A stretch of 64,000 bases of DNA, from NCBI GenBank assembly GCA_900088475.1, contig FLMG01004723.1, positions 1 to 64,000 on the forward strand, given 5' to 3'. The notes under the pieces were generated by a model, which ran no database searches, was not told the DNA's origin, and saw nothing but the letters and a program-made list of their open reading frames with translations. The translations under genes were made by a program, and so were the position numbers. The stretch comes from Hyphochytrium catenoides. Taxonomy: Eukaryota > Protista > Hyphochytriomycota. Positions within the stretch are counted from its first letter, which is position 1, and every line of letters starts with the position of its first letter. This document shows, in pieces, positions 1-10,600 of this stretch.

Positions 1-91
1 ATTGATTTGGGTCATCGCTGCACTGACGCCGCCCACATGGAGAGAAGAGTACACAGCTGGCCTCATTCGTCAAAGGGGTCGACAGTGACAA

Positions 92-95
<4 letters not shown>

Positions 96-126
<31 letters not shown>
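96..126. repeat. (AG)n microsatellite
   Basis: Perfect AG dinucleotide run visible in the sequence. Confidence 0.95.
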
Positions 127-132
<6 letters not shown>

Positions 133-301
133 ACTCGAAAGAATATAGAGAGGAAAAGTGAGTTCAAAGACCGCTTCCAAAGGAGAGGAGAGGCCACCAT
201 AAGCTGTTTAACCTGCATCAGAGCTAGGGGACGTGGCCTTAGCCCGTAGACTGTTATTTCTAGGAAACGGAGCTTGAGCTTTAATAACCAGTCCAACAAG
301 G

Positions 302-721
302 ATGAGACGAGTCAATCTCCTAAGCTGCACCGGCCATCTCCAGCGAAGGTCTCGGTCCGCAGTTCCCTCCTTGAACTCTCTGGGCAAAAGGACCAGGCTG
401 TTGTCTGTCTCGTCCTCTCCATCTTCTGTCATCCAGAGTCTGCCTGAAGTGTTAGAGTCTGAGTCCCTCATTCGAGGAGGAAAGGCCGCTTTAGCTCTCT
501 CTCCTCTCTCCCGCGCGATAGAAATTTGCGAGCACTCAATGGGCAGTGACTCAGAGTTCACCTGGGCAGCGCGGACGAGGCTCATTGAGCTCTGCTTCTA
601 TCTAGGGAACTATGAGAGGGTGGACAGGATGCTGGAGGTATCTTGCGGCTTAGTTTCTGCGTTTTGTACCACTTCCCGCGATCTATAGTCTCTCTCTCTC
701 TCTGTCTCTCTCGTCTCTTTT

Positions 722-755
<34 letters not shown>

Positions 756-2048
756 ATCAGGCTCTCCTTACTGGTCCCTTTCCAAGGAACCTGTAGAGCT
801 TCGATCGTCCCTCTACGTTTCTTCTATCAACCTTTCTTCTTTTGAGAGACGCTACATTCCGTGCTTCCCTTCCGTCCCTGTGTGTTAGCCTTCCTCTCTG
901 CCATGACTCCTCTAGCTCATCGTCTGTCTGCTTAACCTCTCACTTGATTCTTGGTCTCTGCTCAACAATCTTTCTGTCCGTCTCTCAATCCTCCTGGCTG
1001 AAGCAGGAGTGCGGGAAGGAGGGCAAACAAGAGATCGTAAACTATCTTGCGCGGTCTTACCTGTTGCAAGGAAGAGCTGAGGAGGCTATCAAAGCGCTGC
1101 AAAAGGCCTCCGACGATTTGTCCTCTTCCTCTCCAGACACTTTCGCGCTGTCACGTTCTCTTCTGGGACTAGCCTTACATGCTCAAGACAGGAGAGAAGA
1201 GGGAGAGAGAGCCTTCAAAGAAAGCGTCTCTTCTAGAGCTCTAGAAGGAGCGTCCTCTCTCACCAAGGCAAAGGTCTGGAATAATTATGCAGTGCGAGAC
1301 TATGTTCTATGGGGAGAAAGACAAGACGAAAAAGAGAGAGGGAAAGCCATAAAAGTGATAGAGCAGGAAGAAAAGGACGATGCGGTCTCCAAGCTTCAGA
1401 CAGGGCTTTCCACACTCTCTGAGAGCGATTTCCACTATCGAGCTCATCTTCTTAGCTCTCTCGGAGAAATAGAGTTGTTAGCGGGAGAGCACGAGAAGGC
1501 ATCGGAGTGGCTGGCCGATGCCATGAAGGCGGAAGAGAAGGATGTGAACCATCTTAGTCTTCTTCTTGGTAAGATTTACTCTTCTCCTGCTTAACACTGC
1601 TTGTTACTCTCTCTCTTCTCTCCTGCACCCTTGTTGCCTATAAAGCTCTCTTTTGTCTCTCCTTGCCGGTGACTCTCCATATCTGTCACTAGCTGTACGC
1701 CGCTCTTCACCTCATTCTGCTCTTACTCCTCGGGGTGGTGTACCCTGTCTACTCCTCTCAGGGCGCATTCTGTTTGGGCTCGCGCGATGCTATCATTCCG
1801 TGGATCAAGCTGTAATGGCCGAAGGACTGTATACCACCAGCATCGAGAAGTATCAAGCTGCTCCTCACCTCTCCCGTGCTGATAGAAGAGACTTCACCGC
1901 TCTCCTGAGCAGTTATGCGCAGCTTCTTGGACAGTGGGAGAGACGACAGACCGAGCAAAAAAGATGGAAAGACAAGGCTCTTGAGCAGGAGAATAAGATT
2001 GCTGAGGAAGGACCATGGACCATCAGCTCCTTAGCGCTCCTAGGCTAA
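302..2048 (+). CDS. TPR-like alpha-helical repeat protein, possibly organelle-targeted; join(302..637,1007..1568,1762..2048)
   Basis: Three ORF pieces join in frame at GT-AG sites: GAG|gtatc...cag|GAG (phase 0) and G|gtaag...cag|GG (phase 1). TPR-like helices include NYLARSYLLQGRAEEAIKALQKA, SLLGLALHAQDRREEGERAF, LSSLGEIELLAGEHEKASEWL and LFGLARCYHSVDQAVMAEGLY. The N-terminus is R/S/L-rich and acid-free, like a mitochondrial presequence (inference). Confidence 0.7.
688..755. repeat. Imperfect (CT)n microsatellite in intron 1 of the TPR-like gene
   Basis: Interrupted CT runs visible in the sequence. Confidence 0.9.
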
Positions 2049-2280
2049 TAAATAAAAATATCTGACTAGAGAGATAGCTTAGGCGTTGCGTGCTATTCAC
2101 TACTGCATTGCAGCTGTCCAAGAGTACACGTGAGGCAAGATGGCCCGAAGTGAGCCCAGAAACTTTTGTCCTCATAACCACGTCATAGGCACCAGTGCTG
2201 CGTGAGGAGCTTTTCTTAAGAGCTTCGGCTTCCTTCCCTCTATTTTGCCACAGTGTGGCCCATCTTCAGAAGCCATAGGC

Positions 2281-4412
2281 TTAACGGCCATGCTTTCTCT
2301 TCTTCTGCTTCATCCACTTCTTTCCGCCTGAAGACTTGGCCTCCTGAACCTCCAAGAACTTCCTCTTCGCATACTTCCGAGTCTGATAATCGTTCATCAG
2401 CTCCTCGAGCATGGTGCCCTTTCTCTCTTTCTTCGTCATTCGAGCGTATGTGAACTCTCCCGCTCCTTCCACCACCGTCCCAATCTGAAAGTGCTTCGGA
2501 GTCTCTTTCCTCTTGATATCAGAAGATTTATAGAAGCGCTTCGGATCAATGAAGTTCCTCATTTTGAGCACTTCCAAGTCTCTCTTCACGGAGGGCGTCA
2601 GCTCAGGAGTGACCATGTCGAACCACTTGGAACCTGCTGTCTGGAGAGCTTTTCCTGCTTTCTTTTCCTTGGTAATCTCCTAATGAGAAAGAGAAAGACA
2701 TGTTGGAAAGGATGTAAGAGGTATGAATAGGGGAAGAAATATGTGAAAGACAGATGCAACGCTCCTTTGTAGTTGTTGGAAAGGATGTAGAGGTATGACT
2801 AGGCGAAGAAAGGGGAACTAAGGAGTGAGAGAGTTCCAAGAAGCAGGACAAGACCAGCCAGGGTAGGGTCGGCATCCTTTTCTTCTAATGCCAACGGCTC
2901 TCCTATGCTAGTTTGCTCGAGGGGCTTACCTGTTGAGAGCTAGCTATCGCAGCAACTGAAGAAGCTTCCGCTTCTGCAAGGACAGAAGAGAAGAGAGAAG
3001 TGCTGACAGTTACAGGTCCCTTGTCCTTTGATTTCAGATAACTAGGCATCTTAAGACCGCTCTTCAGCTGTCGGGGCGCAGCAGTGAGAGGATCATTCCT
3101 GGAGGAGGGCTTGCTGTTCTTCGCTGTCGGAGGCTTAAAAGCTTCAGAAGCGAGGGCAACCTGCAAGCCAAAGAGCGTGATGTCACGGAAAAAGGTGAAA
3201 GTCAGTGGTAGATCAAAAGAGAAAATGAAGGAGCATAAATAACCAAGACCGACAGCTTAAGAGCCTGTCGACGAGAGGAATAACAAAAGAGCTCTCAGAT
3301 GGGAAGCGGGGTATCCCAACGGTGAGTAATCATCAAAGGAAAGAGAGGAGGTACAAGCTCATCGAATCAGTAAAACAGTGCTGAGCGGCGTTGCCTGACG
3401 AAAGGAGTAGGGCCTTGTCGGGACACAAACCTACCAAGTCGTCCAAGTCGTCTTCAGAGCTCTCCTCCTCCTCTTCTGAGCTCGTACTTTCTGGCCGCTC
3501 CTCGTCCGAATTCACCTCTGACGTTCCATCGCTCTTCTCTTTTTCCTGATGTTTAACGTCTTGATTCTCAATACCTTCCACCTTAGATTCTGACGTTTCC
3601 GCCTTAGAGTCCGTCACAGCTTCTGACTCCTCTTGCCGTTTCTGCATGTTGACCAGAGTTGAATCTTGCTCTTCGATGCTCTGTTTCTCCAACGGCTCAG
3701 TCCGTTCTACATCCTTTATCGACAAGCTAATCTCGGCTTGACTGAGGGCTTCACCTGGCTCCGTTATCGGAGAAAAGTGTGCTTCTGTGCTATTAGTGCT
3801 ACTTTGTGCCACTTCTTCCGCTTCAGACTCCTTTCGCCGCCTACTGGAGCGCCTCAGCGTAGGAGTGGCCTTCATTTTTGGTTCCCGCGATGCCTGCCTT
3901 GCCCTTTTCGAAGGAGAGAGTACTCCTTCTGGCAGAACCTCGCCTTCACTGACTCCATTATCACCTATGTGAGCCATATTTTCTAACCCATCAGCGCTAC
4001 TTTCGGGTGCTGACTGGCTTGCTTCAATGTCTTTCTTGATTTGCCTTCGTCCTTTTACCGAGGAGGGAATGCCACTTTGAGCATCCTCAGGTGGCACTAC
4101 CTTATTCTCTTCTATTGGGCGAAGCTTTGTTTCTGTTGCGGTGGCAAGACGTCTACTGGTTCTTCTGACGGGGGTTGTCGTCTGTATGGCCCCAGTGTCC
4201 CCTGCCGCAGCCCTTCTGGTCCTTCTTCTCTGTGTGGGTGTCGTTAAAGATGCAGCTGTCGACACCATGGACTCAGCATCACTGCCAACGTCTGATGTTC
4301 CGCTATTCTGTATTCTGGAGCTCCTCCTCTGGTGAAGATAGATGTGAAGCGTCAGTGGCATGGAAAAGCAGGCGCACCCAAAGACTATGAGAAGGGTCCT
4401 TACCGTCTGCAT
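2281..4412 (-). CDS. FCF2: Fcf2-domain pre-rRNA processing protein (Fcf2/DNTTIP2 family), ~510 aa; complement(join(2281..2679,2930..3160,3435..4328,4404..4412))
   Basis: The C-terminal exon carries the Fcf2 signature AGSKWFDMVTPELTPSVKRDLEVLKMRNFIDPKRFYK...FQIGTVVEGAGEF..RMTKKERKGTMLEELM. The N-terminus is long, disordered and acidic/basic. All three introns are GT-AG, phase 0, and the frames are consistent. Confidence 0.88.
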
Positions 4413-5151
4413 TTTGACAGTATCACCTGGCAGGCTCCGGCCCTATAATGTGGCTCTACCTCTTGCCCAGCGTGACTTCCTTCTGTGTTTGCCAAAGATC
4501 AAATCCGTGACGTAAGCAATGTCCAGAAGCGTCCAACAGTAATACGTTATGGCTTAGACAACAGCCCAAGTGCTTGCAATAGGCTACTATTCGTTGCACA
4601 TCCTCCCGCTTCAATGACCTTCCAGCAAACTCCACATCCTCCCAAGGACTAACGTGCCGCTTCTGTCTTCTGATGTTCAGAAGCTCATGAGCCGCGAAGA
4701 AAACTCATTGGCGGTGGTGATCATCTTCCCTCGTTCTGATTAAGGATGATAAATGTTATTCTCAGGAATAAGCTAATACTAATCTTAGATAGGTACACGC
4801 TGTAGGTTATCATAGAATAGACCACATTGGGGTTTATCAGAGGTTGATCTTTAGAAACACGAAGAAAGGTTCATTTCCTGATAAAGCACCCTAAAACTGT
4901 CTCTATCCTGAATAACCAAACGTTCGTCACTGTAACGGCCGCCATTTAGAATCGTCACCCTGCTGATGCTTCGTCTGAAGCTTCAGAAAGAGCTCGTCCA
5001 AACATCTGCCTGAAGCTTCAGAAGTGAGATTTGCTCTCATTCCGGGTCAGCATGGTAAGAATTGAGACCAAAGCTGAGACGATAGCGACCAACGGACATC
5101 CGGGAGCCCTACTTTGTAGCATAAAAGGTGGTCTATGACCTCTTGTGCACC
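4413..5151. promoter_or_regulatory. Divergent (head-to-head) intergenic region between FCF2 and CCDC96
   Basis: Start codons at 4412 (-) and 5152 (+) point away from each other. The region holds an AT-rich imperfect inverted repeat and two copies of the palindrome CTGAAGCTTCAG. Confidence 0.55.
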
Positions 5152-7530
5152 ATGGAAGACGGTGGCCTAGTTACAGAGGTCAGCCAGGCTGTCGAGAATC
5201 CGGAGAAGGAAATGCCACCTCAGACGCAGCTGAGCCTGGAACAGGAGTCTCTGCCACAAATTGAACATTCCGCTAGTGAGGAAGCTCAGTTACCTCTCTC
5301 AGAATTCAGCACAGATACCAGCGCCTTTGAAGGGACCTTGGCTCCTCCAGACGGTGATCAGCAATCTATCCCACCTTTATTGATTGTTGCCGAGAACACT
5401 GCCTCCACGACCCAATTTTCAGAGTATCCGGCCAGCATCGCGAGCGATGAAGCAGAAGACTCGACCCTTTTAAGCCACCTAAATAGCTCCACAGATATGG
5501 TATCTGCGGCGGTCCTTACTGAAGTGACAGGGACCCCTTTGAGAGAGGAGGAAGACGACGCAGATGGAGGTGAGATAGGTACGACTCAACGGTCGCAGCC
5601 ATCTGAGACCGACCGCAGTGTTGATGCCCTAGCACAGCAACTGGACGAAGAGAGAAATAGAGCTGCTGCCTTACAAGAGGCTAATACCAGGTACTCCATG
5701 CGCTATGGCCTGGCGGCACTAGGATCTAACCGGAACTCCTCGCAGGTTGCAGGGCACTGTCTGCACGATTTTGCAGGTTAAGATGGAAGGCATAGGACTT
5801 ACCAAAACGGGATCAGGGACAGTGGCACCGCCTTGGCCCACTCTCAACGACAGTGATGAAGGCAATCTGGACACGAAAGGCGGTCAGGCAGAGCTCGAGA
5901 AGCGCTACCAAGACAGCTTAGAAATGATCCATGAAGCGCAAAAGGAATACTGCAGAGTCAAAGAAGAATATGAGAAGCAGACTCTAGATCTACAGGTGCG
6001 ATTGCAGAGGGAAGGGAGGGGAAAGACGCGCTGAGCCGCAGAGGACGATGGAAAGACCGGGAGACGGAGAGTGGCCGGACAAGACTTAGGTGGGGGAGGC
6101 AACGAAAGTACAAGCCTGCAAGAATGGGAGCGGTGAGGGTTAACTAAGACGCTCTTGAGAAGAGTCCCTGGTCCCTGGAAAGCAGACTGGTAGATGTTAC
6201 TTAGCAAAAGAAAGAAAGAGAACAAGCAGATTCATGGCGACAATCAAAGAAAGAAATGGGGTTCCGCAGCCTGATGCCTGCTTCCTTGTTCGTTTGCAGA
6301 CGCGACTGGAAACATCTACGGAAAGAGCCGCCAAGATTCACCAGTCGTTCCAAGACTTCAAGCGGGACATAGCCAAGGGTGCACAGAACAGTCGGACAGG
6401 CGCCGCAATATCCGATAAGATGATCAAACAGTTTGAAGCTACGGAGACAGAGAAAGACAAGGAAATAGAGAAGGTATCCACAACTTCATCGAGGCTCCAG
6501 GAAGTCGAATAAGGGATATAAGACGTTGAAGGACACGACACCACTTCGCTCCTGTTCACGTTTCAATCCCTCCATACCATGAAAGATTTTTACCTTTCTA
6601 GCTGCCGGTCGTTTGCCCCTAACCTTCTGGTACGTCACAGCTACGATTGAGGAACATTCACGTTCAGTTCCAAGCTAAAAAGTTAGACGCACAGTTGGCG
6701 GCGAAGGAACAACTTGCCGAGGGCCTTCATCTCATAGACTTTGAACAGGTCAGCCTATCATCTCGCCTGTCCTTGGTCTATTCTGTCCAGAGTCGTACCT
6801 CCTCCCTCTTCGGGTTTTCATATTACTGCCCCCGGTAGCCTGTCATGGGCGTCTCTGACACTCATTGCTCTCTTATTGTGCAAATAGTTGAAGATTGAGA
6901 ACCAGGGACTCACTGAAAAGATAGAGGAGAGAAATGAGGATCTTAATAAGTTAAGAAAGAAGACAACAAGCACTGTTCAGGTAAGTTAATGCCCCTCCAC
7001 TTCTCTCTTCTCTCTCCTCTCCAACCCCAGGAAAAATTTCATATCATAGGCTATTCGCTAATCATCTCTTCTTATTCAATGCTCCTGGTAGGTGTTGACG
7101 CACGTCAAGGAGAAGCTACAGTTCCTCCGCGTTGAAAACAAAGCTTTGAAGGAAGAGCTAGAGCAGCTAGATACGGAACTGTTGAAGGAAAAGGACAAGG
7201 TGACGAAGTCCAAGAAGGAGAGAGAGAGAATCAAGACTGAGAATAAGGCCGCCAGAGTTCAGCAAGGTTTTTCAAAGAATGACTTGCTGGTGGCTGACTA
7301 TGAAAAGAGAAAGGTCAGCATTTTCCTCCTTGCCTCACCGTGACAGCGAAAGAGGAGCGTTGACAATCTTTGTGCCATCACTCCATCGTTTCTTTTCTCC
7401 GATCTAGGCCGAACTAGTTGCGTTAGAGAAGAAGGTGGCAGAGCTCAAACAGAGATACAGCGACCTAACCATGAAGGTCAAGCAGCACCAACAAAACAGC
7501 ACTAAAGCATCAGTGAACCAAAAAGAATAA
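5152..7530 (+). CDS. CCDC96: CCDC96/CFAP184-like (DUF4201) cilia/basal-body coiled-coil protein; join(5152..5690,5746..5995,6300..6473,6641..6748,6888..6980,7092..7313,7408..7530)
   Basis: Splicing rebuilds the family hallmark KEQLAEGLHLIDFEQ|LKIENQGLTEKIEERNEDLNKLRKKTTSTVQ|VLTHVKEKLQF. All six introns are GT-AG with matching phases. The N-terminus is acidic and low-complexity. Confidence 0.9.
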
Positions 7531-7688
7531 AATTATTACTTTTTGAGCTATAAAGCCCGACGAGGTTAAAGCTACCAAGAAAAAGGAAGAGAAGGGAAGA
7601 GAGAGAGCTAGACAAGGAGGAAACCTAAGAGAGAATGCGAGAAGGACCCAAGAGATTTGAGTCCTGCGACAGCTATCGCACACCTTTC

Positions 7689-10600
7689 TTACTTGTGTCC
7701 CTTCTCACCTCGTTTTTTCAAGACTGCTATGGGAGCCTTTGTCATGGCGTGATACTCACTAGAAAGATGCTTATAATCAGCATTTCCTCCTAGATGGTAG
7801 GAGAATATCCCGTTGACGTCTTCGATCACCTCCCATGTCAGTTTGGGCGTTCGCTTTTTTCTCCTTGCGCCCCTACTTAGATCATCAGTAAGCCACATTT
7901 TATAAATAAACCTTAGCCCGTCAAGCCTGTCATTCACAAGCCGCCATCCGTCCTTGAGCTCCTCTGTAGAAAGTGTGAACGTGTGCTCGATCTTGTTGAT
8001 CCCCGGCCTTCCATGACGCTGTATTAGAGAAACGAGTAGAGCGACAGCTTTTACTAGCAAAAGGAAGAGCAGAAATACGAGCTTTTTCACGATCGTCCAG
8101 AGGATGCTTCGAAGCTTGGTACGCGAAGATTTAGATGATGTTCGTTTTCTTTTGTTCGGGCGCCGTGTACTCTCGTCGACTGCTCGCCAATATTGCCAAG
8201 AGAAAGGAGGTAGATCTTGGGGCTGTTCGAAGCCAACCTTACGTGCCACGGTCGTCCATAAGGAGACAAGCCTTAATCGCCATCTTCCCCACGTCAAGGT
8301 CTTGAGTAAGCTAGTCGATATCAGCAGTCCCAAGGCACATAGGAAGATAGTAAGACATAGGAAAGGGAGGATAGCGTTTGACCGCCCAACAGCGACGTTA
8401 GGGAATTTAAGAAAGGCTGCCAGGTAAGAAGAGGAGACAGTCGAGCTGGCGGAAGCCGTAGTAGCAGCTCTTCCTTGTAAGCCGTCAACGATGGAAAACA
8501 ATGCCTGCTCCAAGGCGATGCCTGTCTGGCCGGACTTGTACGGGGTAGATAAGCCAAAGAAATAGGCAGGGAGACAAGGAGCAGAGAATCCAATCAGGGA
8601 GACAATAGCATGGGGAAATAGGGCATACAGAGGCAGTGATGAGAGCGAGGAGAGAAAGCGAAAACGCGGACCGTATTGGTGCTTTCTGAACCCTTTCATG
8701 AGCAGGCGCCTCTCAGAGAGATAGAGGAGAGAAAGAAGAACGGCACTCAAAGGGATTAAAATGGGCATCAAGCCGCAAAGTGTAATAGAAGAGAAGACAA
8801 GGAAGAGTATGGTCCCACAGCGCCTTTCCAGGTGAAGGTCCAGCCCGACGGCCGCCCTGTTCAGGGTGACCTGTTTTATAAGAGGAGAGTATATTGATTA
8901 AAATCAAGGATATAGCCAAGCCTACTTGTTACGTGCTGTGAGACAGTGAGAAGGATAGTCAAGCTGGTTGGATTAATGGCGGAAAAAAAGACAGGCCAGT
9001 AACAGAAAGGCAGGAATGGACAAAGATATGTAAAGAGAAGTATTTGCACATGAGATACCTGGGTCCGGGCCTTCCTCATTATCATACGAACATGCCAACG
9101 CTTAAGAACCAGTGCAAGAAAATCCGACAGGGGAGCGAAGAGCCCAGTGAAGAAAACTATCCAGAAGGTGGTGGGAACCACTGCGCGGTACCACTCTGGG
9201 GAAAATATCGTCCAGTAGCGCTTCTGCTGTCTCTCTTGGCACCACGAATAGCTTTTGCCCGTTCCTCCCTCAGTCTCCAGGACTCTCCCTCGTCCGTCGT
9301 CTACTTCATCAACACCAAGGGAAGCGAAGATCCCAATAAGCAGGGAGCAGCAGCTAGTGATATACGAAAACCCTCCAGTGAGAACCATTGCGACCTTGTA
9401 CTCTTCTTCTCTGAACAGGTACTTAAGCTGAGGCACAACCGCCAAAGAGAGGAAAAGCCCACTCAAGACGTTGCAGAAACCGACAGCGATCCCTAATAAA
9501 AATGGCTGCATGTCGTAGCCAAGCATAGAGAAGTAATAGGGAGAGCATGTCTTGAAATCATTCGTCTTATGGATGTAAGAGAGAGCCAGCCCGGCTCGCT
9601 GGTAGGACTGAGAGAGGTACAGCTTATCGCAATAGCACGACAGAAGGTCACTTGCGGAATAGGTGAAGCACTGTGTTGACGGAGAGAGACAGAGAGGGGT
9701 AAGTTGCTCGGTAAATCTCCTTGCGGGCCAATGTGTTGGCCCTTCTGACCGACATAAGATTAGCAAAGCTACTTGGTTGACGAGTAGAGGGAAGAGTGAT
9801 CGAATTAGACTGCATAAAGAGCTAAAGAGTAAGACGATCCATGAAGAGGTGCAAGAAGGAACGACCCCACGGAAAAACAAACAAGACTGGCCTTACCGGA
9901 TGTGAACCATACTGTGGCTCGCTCCAGGCGGGGACTAGGCAAGCTAATGAAGAGCAAACCTTGGAAGTGCTGGTAAAGCTCGGACAGTAGAGGTTACCAC
10001 ACAAAGAGGAAGGCTTTGCTATTGGTATCTTAGGCTGTGCTGGTGAGGTAACGGATTGGCTGCAAAGATAACATGAAGACGCGGCATAAGGAGACAGACT
10101 TGCTAAGGGAGAAGAAGATGAGAGAGTATTGTTCATCTCTTGTTCTTGGTTTGCAAGAGATGCACCCGTTAATTGTTCTCCTTCAGTTAGTCGCCGGAAA
10201 GGTTGACACCTATTAGCAGAAAGGCACTCTCCACCTTCTATGACAACCTCCGCTTGCTCCTCGCTGCCATTGCTGCGCTTCAGGACCGGAGTAAAGCAAC
10301 TGCAACAACTTTGTCCTCCGTCTCCAATATACTGATGGGCCTTTCCCCCTTCCGCGTTAGCACAGAAAGATCTACAGCTTGTCTTCACTGCTGTGGCTCT
10401 ACAAGAACGCTCCCATGCACCATCAAATGACAAGAAGCCTCCAGCACTTGCGAATGCTCCGCAAAGTGAGTCATTTTCCGCCCTATGTCTGAGCATGATA
10501 GGTGCGGATAGACCAAGAGAGGAGTAGTCGTAGGTGCCAAAGTAGGCAGCAGGGATCTCAGACTCACAATATGAAAGACGATTTAAGAACTCAGTTAAGG

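Noticed and set aside
1-299. Possible 5' end of a minus-strand gene diverging from the TPR-like gene
   Set aside because: The CT-rich tract hints at an intron, but no consistent exon or recognisable protein could be built within the window.
4660-4750. Box C/D snoRNA-like motifs (TGATG...CTGA)
   Set aside because: There is no canonical RTGATGA box C paired with a terminal stem, so it cannot be supported without a covariance-model search.
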